Source of the DNA: an uncultured Bdellovibrionales bacterium
GTDB taxonomy: Bacteria; Patescibacteriota; Minisyncoccia; Moranbacterales; UBA1568
NCBI GenBank assembly: GCA_964459475.1
Contig: CAYWLN010000001.1
Span: 6,137-70,136 of the forward strand
Direction: 5' to 3'
Length of the DNA stretch: 64,000 nt
The notes below the pieces were generated by a model. That model was given only the letters and a program-made list of their open reading frames with translations. It did not search any database and was not told the origin of the DNA. The position numbers and the translations under genes were made by a program. Of this stretch, positions 38,131-46,714 are shown one piece after another (the stretch's first letter is position 1; the number at the start of each line of letters is the position of its first letter).

Positions 38131-38272
38131 ACGTCAAAAATAAAATTTACAAAACACAGAGCACAAAAACCAAACAAAACATAGAACTCAAACCACTAAA
38201 ACTACTTTCTCCAATTGTGTTTTCTGGATTGTGCTTTGTTTGGCATTTGTGTTTTTGAAAAATGTGCTTTCC
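38131..38272. repeat. Degenerate heptamer-periodic inverted repeat (CA-rich arm, TG-rich arm)
   Basis: CACAAAAACCAAACAAAACATA pairs with TGTGCTTTGTTTGGCATTTGTG; fills the frr-rseP spacer. Confidence 0.7.
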
Positions 38273-38276
38273 CAAA

Positions 38277-38834
38277 CTACACTGTCATCACTTCTTCTTC
38301 TTTCTTCTTGCGGAGGACTTCGAGTTTCTGATTGTATTCATCGATGACTTTTTGGAGTTCGTCCTTGCCAGCGAATTTGTCGTCTTCGGAGATAGTCCCT
38401 TCCTTTTCAAAATCCTGGATGTCTTTCCAGATTTCTTCGCGGATGTTGCGGACGGCGATACGAGCCTCCTCGGCGCGCTGGTTCAATGACTTGACCAGGG
38501 ACTTACGGGTCTCCTCAGTGAGAGCCGGGAGCGTGATCCGGAGGGCGACGCCATCATTGCCGGGATTGAGTCCCAGGTCGGATTCACGGATGGCTGCTTC
38601 AATGAGGACCAGTGACCCCTTGTCCCACGGCGAGATGAGGATCTGACGGGCTTCGGGGATGCTGATGCTCGCTATCTGACGGAGTGGAGTGCGCGTACCA
38701 TAATAATCCACCGAGAGGTTTTCGACCAGTCCTGGATGAGCCCGGCCCGTGCGAATCTTGGCCATTTCAACAGAAAAATGTTCAATCGCACTCTCGAAAC
38801 TGGCTCGTTTGTCTTCAATCAATTCTTTGACCAT
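38277..38834 (-). CDS. frr: Ribosome recycling factor
   Basis: IRTGRA, LGLNP.NDG, PALTEE.RK, ISEDD. Confidence 0.98.
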   Translation of the reverse strand: MVKELIEDKRASFESAIEHFSVEMAKIRTGRAHPGLVENLSVDYYGTRTPLRQIASISIPEARQILISPWDKGSLVLIEAAIRESDLGLNPGNDGVALRITLPALTEETRKSLVKSLNQRAEEARIAVRNIREEIWKDIQDFEKEGTISEDDKFAGKDELQKVIDEYNQKLEVLRKKKEEEVMTV

Positions 38835-38872
38835 AGTCGTTCACTTAACAATCAACAATTATTAGGGGTATC

Positions 38873-39997
38873 TCACTTGATGTTGCGGAGGGCCATATAG
38901 ATGATGCTGGAATCGGCTGGGTCATAAGCGAGGACCGAGACGCTACGGTCGATGTAGAGGTCGACCACTGCCCAGGTATCGCCACCATTGGTCGAACGAT
39001 AGAAAGCGGAGCCGGCGGAAAAGATAATCTCCTGCGAATTGCGCGGATTCACGACGACGGTACGCACGGGGAACTTCTCAGCACTTTCGATGATGTTGAC
39101 CTTGTTCCACGTCCGGGTAAAGTCATCGCTCCGGTAGAGGCCACCATTCTTCGTCGCGTAGAGACGCCCAGAGACAATCGGATCAGCCGTGATAGAGAGA
39201 GCCATATCTGGCCCGCCAGTCGACGTCGTAGCGGGAGCATTGTTGTTGGTATTGGTCACTTGCATCTGGTCAGTCCACGCTACGCCACCATTGTCCGAAT
39301 AATAGATTTTCTTGTTGATACTCAAGGCATAGATCGACATGGGCTCGACTGCATCGAACGCAATCTCGGTAATAGGCCCATCGAGGGTCTGACCGACGTT
39401 CTTCCAAGTCTCACCACTATCGGTACTCTTCACCACAGTCCCGGCGCTTGTCCCCGCAAAGAGGACGTTGGTATCACGTGGATGCTGGGCGAGGATAGTG
39501 ATTACTACGCCAGCGCCTGGCTCGGTATAGACCGCGCGCCACTCGGTACCGCCGTCATCCGTCCGAAAAATCTTGCCGAGATTGCCGATGGTCCCCGAAG
39601 CGAACATGCGATTGTCCGGGTCGTTACGGTCTAGGATGAAACTATAGATTTTCTTCGGGGGAAAGACTATCTGCTCCCAGTACTCCCCAGCATCCATGGA
39701 TTTGAAGATGCCGTGATCGGCGGTCGCGATATAGAGGATGTTCGAGTCATTGGGGTGAAACGAGAGCGCCAACACGTCGGCTTTGGTGATAGACTGCTTG
39801 TCATCCACCCGCGACTTGACCTCAAAAGTCTGGCCTGAATCGATGCTCTTCCAGACACTGCCGGCCTGAATCTTTTTGCCAAAGACATCAGTCGGTTGCT
39901 CACTCGCGGTCGGTGTCGGGACACTAAACGGCAACTGGATGGTACATCCGGACAAAACAACCGCCGACACCACAAGTAAGAGTGATTTTTTGAACAT
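38873..39997 (-). CDS. Ycf48/BNR-repeat beta-propeller lipoprotein
   Basis: Lipobox LSGC; multiple Asp-boxes (S.DGG.TW). Confidence 0.88.
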   Translation of the reverse strand: MFKKSLLLVVSAVVLSGCTIQLPFSVPTPTASEQPTDVFGKKIQAGSVWKSIDSGQTFEVKSRVDDKQSITKADVLALSFHPNDSNILYIATADHGIFKSMDAGEYWEQIVFPPKKIYSFILDRNDPDNRMFASGTIGNLGKIFRTDDGGTEWRAVYTEPGAGVVITILAQHPRDTNVLFAGTSAGTVVKSTDSGETWKNVGQTLDGPITEIAFDAVEPMSIYALSINKKIYYSDNGGVAWTDQMQVTNTNNNAPATTSTGGPDMALSITADPIVSGRLYATKNGGLYRSDDFTRTWNKVNIIESAEKFPVRTVVVNPRNSQEIIFSAGSAFYRSTNGGDTWAVVDLYIDRSVSVLAYDPADSSIIYMALRNIK

Positions 39998-40102
39998 AGT
40001 TTTGATAGATTCTTTGACTTCAGTATAGCAGAAAATATCCTGGGAAAACAGGGCCTCTCTGGCTCATTTTTGCCAAATCTCTCCCTATGCTAGAATCGGA
40101 AT

Positions 40103-40528
40103 ATGTCACAATCTCCCCTTCCCACTGGTATGGTTTTTGGTGTTTTTGATGGATTTCATCCTGGACACCAGTTTTTCCTCTCACAAGCTCGAGCGCGCTG
40201 TGAGAGACTCGTCGTCGTGGTCGCCCTCTCGGAGGTAGTCGAGCGGATGAAGAAGCGTCCGCCACTCTATAGCTACGAAGAGCGCGTGGCTCGCATAAAG
40301 GAGTTTGATAGTAGCCTCACGGTAGTCCCGAGTGATCCCGGTCTCGGTGACTGGCAGGTACTCAAGAATCACCAGCCTGATATCGTATTCCTCGGATATG
40401 ATCAGGTCGCTCTCGGCCAAGCCCTCGCTGACATCGCTATGCCCCATGCCTTCATCGACTCCCACTACCCCGAAAAGTACAAGTCCGGTTTGCTCCGTTC
40501 GGCGCAAGAAACTAAGGAGGGCAATTGA
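40103..40528 (+). CDS. Cytidylyltransferase-family nucleotidyltransferase (RibL/TagD-like)
   Basis: FGVFDGFHPGH, PDIVFLGYDQ. Confidence 0.88.
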   Translation: MSQSPLPTGMVFGVFDGFHPGHQFFLSQARARCERLVVVVALSEVVERMKKRPPLYSYEERVARIKEFDSSLTVVPSDPGLGDWQVLKNHQPDIVFLGYDQVALGQALADIAMPHAFIDSHYPEKYKSGLLRSAQETKEGN

Positions 40529-40553
40529 CGGATTGGCTCAAATTCATTAGACT
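40525..40553 (+). promoter_or_regulatory. Sigma70 promoter for the tRNA-Lys locus
   Basis: TTGACG-N17-TAGACT. Confidence 0.6.
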
Positions 40554-40576
40554 ACACACTGTTATGTGAAAATCAT

Positions 40577-40641
40577 GGGTGCGTAGCTCCCTCCGGAGGC
40601 GGGCGGGCAGTCGGTACCTCCTTGGAGCTAGCGGTACAGCA
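40577..40641 (+). pseudogene. Duplicated 5' part of tRNA-Lys with two short inserts
   Basis: GGGTGCGTAGCT[CCCTCCGGAGGCGGGCGGG]CAGTCGGTA[CCTCCTTGGAGCTAGCGGTA]CAGCA. Confidence 0.75.
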
Positions 40642-40681
40642 CGTTTGGTTGTCACGTAGAAAAGTTCCTATACAAATATTT

Positions 40682-40757
40682 GGGTGCGTAGCTCAGTCGG
40701 TAGAGCAGTGGCCTTTTAAGCCAACGGTCGAGGGTTCGATTCCCCCCGCACCCACCA
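40682..40757 (+). tRNA. tRNA-Lys(TTT)
   Basis: GGGTGCG...GTGGC-CT-TTT-AA-GCCA...GTTCGATTC...CGCACCC-A-CCA. Confidence 0.96.
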
Positions 40758-40760
40758 ATC

Positions 40761-40789
40761 AAAAAAGACCCTATTTCAGGGTCTTTTTT
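40761..40789. terminator. Bidirectional terminator between tRNA-Lys and serS
   Basis: AAAAAAGACCCT-loop-AGGGTCTTTTTT. Confidence 0.85.
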
Positions 40790-40806
40790 CTTTCTAACAA
40801 GGCATT

Positions 40807-42129
40807 CTACCCCTTCGGTCGAATCACGTCCTTACCAACAAAGGGGCGGAGGACTTCAGGGACAACAACTGAGCCGTCAGCCTGTTGATAGTTCTCGAGG
40901 ATTGAGATAAAGATACGAGGGCTCGGGAGAGCAGTATTGTTGAGCATATAGACATGCTTCTTGTCACCATTCTCGTCCTTGTACTTCACGTTGAGGCGAC
41001 GTGACTGCCAGTCAAGGAAGTTCGAGGCTGATCCTGTCTCTCCATAGCGGTTCATCCCTGGCATCCAGGCTTCGAGGTCAAAGGCACGGTATTTGCCGGC
41101 ACTCATGTCGCCACTACAGATCTGAATCTTGCGGTACGGGAGACCCAGTTCACGATGCATTTCTTCGGAGACAGCGATCATTTCTTCCTGAAGCTGGTTG
41201 GCCAAATCAATATCGGCCGGACAGAGCACAACCTGCTCCACTTTCATGAATTCATGTACTCGATACATGCCCTTGGTGTCCTTACCATAGCTCCCAATCT
41301 CACTGCGATAGCATTGACTGAATCCTGCGAGGCGGAGTGGCAGCGTCGCACCATCGAGCACCTCGCCCGAGTAATACGCGAGGAGCGATGGCTCGGCAGT
41401 CCCGACCAAGAACTTGGCTTCTTTGGAGACACTCCCATCGGCTTCTTTGTCTGAGGTAGCGACCTGATAGATCTCATCGACGCCACCATCATATTCGAGT
41501 CCCTTGAAATAGCCACTGCCAAAGAGTGGAAAGCCTTTGACCAGGGTCGGTGGAATCATCGGAGCAAATCCCTTCGCGACCATTTTCTGGATAGCATAGA
41601 GCATCACACCCATGACGAGGAGCGTCCCCTCGTTCTTGAGATAATAGCCCCGATAGCCAGACACTTTGGTCCCCCGCTCGAGGTCGAGGATATCGAGCAT
41701 CTGGCCGAGCTCGATGTGGGTACGCGGAGTGAAATCAAACGACTTAATCTCGCCATACTTCCCGACTTCTTGATTCTCAGCATCACTCTTGCCCAGCGGT
41801 GTGTCTGGAGAAATGATATTGGGTACCTGGGCCATGAGCACTTCAAACTCATCTTTCACCCGAGCAAAGAGAGGCTCAACGGCCTCTGTTTTTTGCTTGA
41901 TTTCTTTGCCCTTCTCGATCACTTCGGCCCGCTCTTCGGGAGTCTTCGCCTGCTTGATCAGGTCATTAATATCATTCTTGAGCGACTGGAGCTCCTCAAT
42001 TTCCTGGAGAAGTGCAATACGCTCTCGGTCCTTGGCGAGAAGAGCATCAACATCGACTGACAGATTCTTGGCGGAGACAGCCGCTTTGACGGCATCGACA
42101 TTGTTTCGGATGAATTGAATATCTAGCAT
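40807..42129 (-). CDS. serS: Serine--tRNA ligase
   Basis: MLDI..IR, GTAE, YRSEIGS...RVHEF.KVEQ, LNNTA. Confidence 0.98.
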   Translation of the reverse strand: MLDIQFIRNNVDAVKAAVSAKNLSVDVDALLAKDRERIALLQEIEELQSLKNDINDLIKQAKTPEERAEVIEKGKEIKQKTEAVEPLFARVKDEFEVLMAQVPNIISPDTPLGKSDAENQEVGKYGEIKSFDFTPRTHIELGQMLDILDLERGTKVSGYRGYYLKNEGTLLVMGVMLYAIQKMVAKGFAPMIPPTLVKGFPLFGSGYFKGLEYDGGVDEIYQVATSDKEADGSVSKEAKFLVGTAEPSLLAYYSGEVLDGATLPLRLAGFSQCYRSEIGSYGKDTKGMYRVHEFMKVEQVVLCPADIDLANQLQEEMIAVSEEMHRELGLPYRKIQICSGDMSAGKYRAFDLEAWMPGMNRYGETGSASNFLDWQSRRLNVKYKDENGDKKHVYMLNNTALPSPRIFISILENYQQADGSVVVPEVLRPFVGKDVIRPKG

Positions 42130-42200
42130 AGGGGGTAGCTTACCTTTAACTTAACAGCTTCCAGTGTACCGTTTTTCCTTAGAAACAGCAAAGGCCCTGA

Positions 42201-42761
42201 TTACCTACTGCTTTTCTCGTTCCTCAAATACTCGTTTGCCTTCAAAATAAGAACGCATGTCGGCCCATGAGTAATTGCTCCATCCATTACCATGCCTACT
42301 GCTTCTTGGAACGGCATCTTTACCAGATCAATCTGCTCCGTGCCCTCTGGTGAAGCTTCACCCCCTGTAACAATTCCTCGTGCAAGAAAAAGAGTAGCCG
42401 GGCTATCAATAACAGAAGTAAAAGGGTCGACGTTGCCCAAAGGAATCCACTCTGAAGCCATCATGCCAGTTTCTTCTTGGAGTTCTCGTTTGGCAGCAGT
42501 GAGAGCGTCTTCATCTTTATCAATACCACCACTCACTGATTCTATACTCTCCCTGTTAATGGCAAAACGAAACTCTTTGGTCAAATATACCATGCCATCG
42601 GAGTCCATTGGCAGCACAGAAACACCGGCTACCATTTCTATGATTCCAAAAATTCCGTCTTTTCCATCGGGACGTACGACCTGATGCTCAGTCACAGTAA
42701 TCCATCTATTCTTGTACTTTTCAATACTCTCTTTGATTTTCCAGGGTCCGTGAGTTTGCAT
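42201..42761 (-). CDS. Nudix hydrolase (ADP-ribose pyrophosphatase-like)
   Basis: GGIDKDEDALTAAKRELQEETG Nudix box. Confidence 0.9.
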   Translation of the reverse strand: MQTHGPWKIKESIEKYKNRWITVTEHQVVRPDGKDGIFGIIEMVAGVSVLPMDSDGMVYLTKEFRFAINRESIESVSGGIDKDEDALTAAKRELQEETGMMASEWIPLGNVDPFTSVIDSPATLFLARGIVTGGEASPEGTEQIDLVKMPFQEAVGMVMDGAITHGPTCVLILKANEYLRNEKSSR

Positions 42762-42784
42762 AATAAGAATTCTCTTTACTATTG

Positions 42785-42859
42785 TGGTCGCTGGTGGATT
42801 CCCAGCCCGCAGAAGCTACGCTTCAGGCGTTGCTGGCGGGGAACCACCGACCCCAGCAA
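42785..42859 (-). pseudogene. Divergent 3' half of a tRNA-Val with a 39-nt insert in the T-loop
   Basis: TTGCTGGGGTCGGTGGTTC[insert 42802-42840]GAATCCACCAGCGACCA. Confidence 0.75.
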
Positions 42860-42905
42860 CCTGCCCCGCACCAAATTTAAACAAACACTACGCTAAAGAA
42901 TACGG

Positions 42906-42979
42906 TGGTCGCACCTGGACTCGAACCAGGGACCTCTGCAATGTGAATGCAGCATTCTAACCAACTGAACTATGCGACC
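42906..42979 (-). tRNA. tRNA-Val(CAC), CCA not encoded
   Basis: GGTCGCA...CTGCA-TT-CAC-AT-TGCAG...GTTCGAGTC...TGCGACC-A. Confidence 0.95.
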
Positions 42980-42994
42980 AAATTTTTGACACTC

Positions 42995-44455
42995 TTACTC
43001 TTTGTCTTTCATCGGCGGAAAGATGACCGTCTCGCGGATGGAGCGGTTCATGAGGATAGCAAAGAGTCGTTCGCTCATCCCGAACCCGCAGGCTGGTGGC
43101 ATACCGTACTCAAGCGCCTGGATGAAGTCCTCGTCGAGCATCATCCCCTCTTTGTCGCCAGCATCGCGGAGCTTCATCTGCTCCTCAAAGCGAGCCCGTT
43201 GATCAATTGGGTCATTGAGCTCCGCAAACCCATTCCCAAGCTCGCTCTTGCCGGCAATCGGCTGGAAACGGAGGGTTCGGCGAGGATTGTTCGGATCAAG
43301 CTTGGCGAGTGGCGACACTTCGAGTGGATGTCCCACCAAGAAACACGGCTGGAGCAATTTCTGGCGCACCGTTTTCTTGTAGATAGTATCGATCATGCGG
43401 CCCTTGCCGTAGTTCTTTTCGTACTTGATATGGAGTTCATCGGCTTTTTTCTGGAGCTCCGCGACGGTCACCTCGCCTGAGAGATCAATCCCTGTTTCTT
43501 TCTGAAACTCAGTGAAATAATCAACACGAGGGAAGTCCACATTCCAATCAATCGTCACGTCTTCATAGGTAGTCTGCATACTCTCACCGACGACGGCCCG
43601 GACGATGTCCTTGTAGAGACGCTCCACGAGCGCCATGCCCTGCTCCATGTTCATGTAGGCGGCGTAAAACTCCATGTGATCAAACTCCTGGAGGTGCTCA
43701 CGGTCGATGCCTTCATTGCGAAAGACGCGCCCAATCTCAAACACCCGTTCATAGCCACCGACGAGGAGACGCTTGAGTGCGAGCTCGAGTGAGATACGGA
43801 GATAGAAGTCGGCATCAAGGGCATTGTGATGTGTCACAAATGGTTCGGCTTCGGCGCCACCGGGGATGTGTTCGAGGACCGGGGTCTGGACTTCGAGGAA
43901 ACGCTCCTCGGAGAGAATCCGCCGGACCGTCTGCCAAAACGCATTTTTCTTCACAAAGAGATCACGAGTCTCCTGATTCATGAGGAGGTCGAGGTAACGA
44001 CGACGGAGGAGTTCTTCTTCATCCTTCAATCCATAAAATTCGCTCGGGATAGGACGGAGAGACTTGCAGATCATCTGCCAAGACTCGACGCGAATACTCT
44101 TCTCATCTTGCTTGGTGAGAAATACTGGGCCCGTGAGTGCGAGGAAATCACCGAGGTCGACCGTCTCTTTGAATAATTTGAAAGACTCGTCACCAAGGGC
44201 CTCAAGTGCAAAAAAACCCTGTACTCGACCACTTCCATCTTCTACGTGACAGAAAGCAATCTTGCCCATGACCCGGAGCGACTTGACGCGTCCGACGACT
44301 GAGACCGGGGTCGCAGCGCTTTCAAGCGCTGTGAAATCCTGGAGCACCTCGGCACTGGTATGAGTCCGAACGACTGTATCAGGATAGGCCGTTTTGGCGG
44401 CTCCTGTAATCTTCTCGAGCTTTTCGAGTTTAGTTGTGAGAATATCTTCACGCAT
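42995..44455 (-). CDS. lysS: Lysine--tRNA ligase (class II)
   Basis: RRRYLDL, GGAEAEPF.THHNAL, FRNEGID, YGMPP..G.G; start MREDIL. Confidence 0.98.
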   Translation of the reverse strand: MREDILTTKLEKLEKITGAAKTAYPDTVVRTHTSAEVLQDFTALESAATPVSVVGRVKSLRVMGKIAFCHVEDGSGRVQGFFALEALGDESFKLFKETVDLGDFLALTGPVFLTKQDEKSIRVESWQMICKSLRPIPSEFYGLKDEEELLRRRYLDLLMNQETRDLFVKKNAFWQTVRRILSEERFLEVQTPVLEHIPGGAEAEPFVTHHNALDADFYLRISLELALKRLLVGGYERVFEIGRVFRNEGIDREHLQEFDHMEFYAAYMNMEQGMALVERLYKDIVRAVVGESMQTTYEDVTIDWNVDFPRVDYFTEFQKETGIDLSGEVTVAELQKKADELHIKYEKNYGKGRMIDTIYKKTVRQKLLQPCFLVGHPLEVSPLAKLDPNNPRRTLRFQPIAGKSELGNGFAELNDPIDQRARFEEQMKLRDAGDKEGMMLDEDFIQALEYGMPPACGFGMSERLFAILMNRSIRETVIFPPMKDKE

Positions 44456-44456
44456 A

Positions 44457-44579
44457 CCCGGTAGTGAAACTTCGAACACGAAGTAGTCAGAAAATTGATT
44501 CTATTGCACAGACTCTCCCCGTGAGACTACCTCGAAATTTCACGGCTTACTAAAAAATTTCGAAGTTCTACTATCCGGG
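44457..44579. repeat. Nested palindromic element in the lysS leader (same family as 13226-13350)
   Basis: Outer arms CCCGGTAGTGAAACTTCGAA / TTCGAAGTTCTACTATCCGGG; inner arm CCCCGTGAGACTACCTCGAAATTT at 44517. Confidence 0.75.
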
Positions 44580-44653
44580 CATATAGACCCATAATAGCCT
44601 CTCCTAAAGCAAAAAGCAAGATTTGGCCAAATTTGCCCACTCCATAAACAGGG

Positions 44654-46714
44654 TTATCCTTGAGAATCAGTGATTCGTTCAACCAAACCAGAACTGCCAT
44701 CAATCTCTACCCTCTCACCGTATCGTATATTACCGTCTGAGAACGAATAACCCACCACGACCGGAATTCCTCGCTCTCGAGCCACAATCGCCAGATGTGA
44801 GAGGAGTCCACCATTTTGAGAAACAATCCCGGAAATGCGGTCAAAATATCGAACGAGATCGGGCGTGAGGAGATCCGTATACAATATCCTGGCCTTGCTG
44901 TCATCCCGCAATGTATCCAATATACTCCTGGAAACCAGCTCTCCCCGAGCGAGACCAGGAGAAACACCCTGTTGCATATCTACGCGAGCGTCAGGTGTCG
45001 AAGTAATACGCACTGGAAAACTATACGTATTGTGCGAGAGATAGGTCTCTCGCTTCTTGCTACACATTGCTTCAAGCACATGACCACCGAGTATCTCTTC
45101 CCACGACGCAAAGTAGATATGCCGCGCATCTTGAAATCCTGCCTCTTGAGCTCGTTTCAAAAGACACCCTCTCAATGCATGGGTATTCTTGACCGTGAGC
45201 CATCTGCCAATTTCTCTCAGGCGCTCATATCGAGCCGCTTCACTCAAAAGAAGCCCGTAGTACCGCTGTTTGTATGATGGTAGTCCTTCCCACCAACTCG
45301 TCACTTCATTGTTTGATGAACGCATCGTCAGTTCTTGTCGATGGAATACTGACTCATCAGCAAAATCCAAAGAATTCCCTGTTAGCCCCTGTGCGGGCCA
45401 GGAAAATGAAACATCACCAACGGACAGTGGAGGAAGTATGCTCTTTAGGACCTCAATCAAACGCACCGGTTCACTGTGAAGAGCCCTCTCTGCTCGCTTC
45501 ATGACAAATCCAGCCAGGAGATTAATCTCAAAAGAATACTGATACTCATCGAGCAGTCGGTGCCAACATGTTTCAATATCATCAGTTGTCACTTCTCTCA
45601 CCAACCTCGTCTGGACCGCCTGCAACAAAGAATCATAACTCCGAGGAGTAATCGTATTGAACCGTATGAGTGTACGGAGCGTATCCCAAGAACCACGTCG
45701 ATATCGCCAGTGAGGACGAAAAGATGCTGATCCAAAATAGCTCCATGATGGGAGTAGACTCTGTAGCTCGCGCTCTTTATCAATATAGAGCTCATTCCCA
45801 AGAAGCTTGAGAAACTCAGTGTCTTGATATCGGACGTGGTACTTCCGATACACTCGGGCTACAGGGCCATCCACAGCATATATCCTCTGAATCAGCCCGA
45901 GCGTCACGGGCACAGGTCGCGGAGCAATTTCTGAAATCTCGGTCTTCTCGAAATAATACGGACCGCTTTTCGGAAGTAATGCTTCCAAAGCCACTATTTC
46001 TTCGTACTGTTGTTCGGTCAATGAAGTTATCGGGCGTGATTGAAGCACAAAAAAGTCATTCCCTTGGAGACACCACTCGATATCTTGTGGCCAAACATAT
46101 TTCTTTTCCAGCAGTTTTCCGATTTCAGAGAGTATCGGGTGCGTGCGGAAAAATTTGGCCTTCGAAGCCTGGTCCTCATCCCATAAAGTACTCTCTTTTT
46201 TGGGTCGAATCAGACCACTGACCAATTGGTCACCCGAACCAGTAGCGTACTCCACTACCATCTCCCGACTCCCCAGTGGATTCCGAGTAAAAAGTACTCC
46301 GGCACTATCAGGTTTTATATACTCTTGGATAATAATGGCAAATTTTTCCCAGTCACCAAGTAGCCTGTCCTCTGCTTGCTTGAGTACTCGTACTACTGCT
46401 TCCTCTACTTCATGAGGCGAGAGATTTAAACAGGTGGTAAACTGGCCAGCCAGAGACTGTGTGACGTCATCCTCTAGGAGTGAGCTCGAACGCACAGCAT
46501 ACCTCATAGCTGACAACTCTGACAGGGCTGCTTTGACCACTGATGCTCTCACGGATTGATCTCCAAAAACAGAACGAGTCGACGTCGTAGGTATCACGAC
46601 GAATGCTGGTACTCGACATCCCCACTCATGGCACTGCTTTAGATGATAGGCCTTGTTGCCAACATGAGCGGCCTTCATATCATCAGCTATTGATACGATC
46701 AAGTGTTCACTCAT
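44654..46714 (-). CDS. PEP/pyruvate-binding ATP-grasp plus phospho-His swivel protein (rifampin-phosphotransferase-like architecture)
   Basis: GNKA, AVRSS..ED....AGQF, QDIEW, LQSRPIT; C-terminal GGLLSHLAIVARERGIP; no PEP-binding TIM barrel. Confidence 0.9.
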   Translation of the reverse strand: MSEHLIVSIADDMKAAHVGNKAYHLKQCHEWGCRVPAFVVIPTTSTRSVFGDQSVRASVVKAALSELSAMRYAVRSSSLLEDDVTQSLAGQFTTCLNLSPHEVEEAVVRVLKQAEDRLLGDWEKFAIIIQEYIKPDSAGVLFTRNPLGSREMVVEYATGSGDQLVSGLIRPKKESTLWDEDQASKAKFFRTHPILSEIGKLLEKKYVWPQDIEWCLQGNDFFVLQSRPITSLTEQQYEEIVALEALLPKSGPYYFEKTEISEIAPRPVPVTLGLIQRIYAVDGPVARVYRKYHVRYQDTEFLKLLGNELYIDKERELQSLLPSWSYFGSASFRPHWRYRRGSWDTLRTLIRFNTITPRSYDSLLQAVQTRLVREVTTDDIETCWHRLLDEYQYSFEINLLAGFVMKRAERALHSEPVRLIEVLKSILPPLSVGDVSFSWPAQGLTGNSLDFADESVFHRQELTMRSSNNEVTSWWEGLPSYKQRYYGLLLSEAARYERLREIGRWLTVKNTHALRGCLLKRAQEAGFQDARHIYFASWEEILGGHVLEAMCSKKRETYLSHNTYSFPVRITSTPDARVDMQQGVSPGLARGELVSRSILDTLRDDSKARILYTDLLTPDLVRYFDRISGIVSQNGGLLSHLAIVARERGIPVVVGYSFSDGNIRYGERVEIDGSSGLVERITDSQG

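Noticed and set aside
40622-40888. 88-aa ORF
   Set aside because: It is a translation of tRNA-Lys and its terminator.
5064-42859. Half-tRNAs as trans-spliced split tRNAs or intron-containing tRNAs
   Set aside because: The acceptor strands of the 5' halves (GGGCCTG, GGGTGCG) do not pair with the 3' half (AGCGACC), none of the halves retains an anticodon loop, and intact genes are adjacent.
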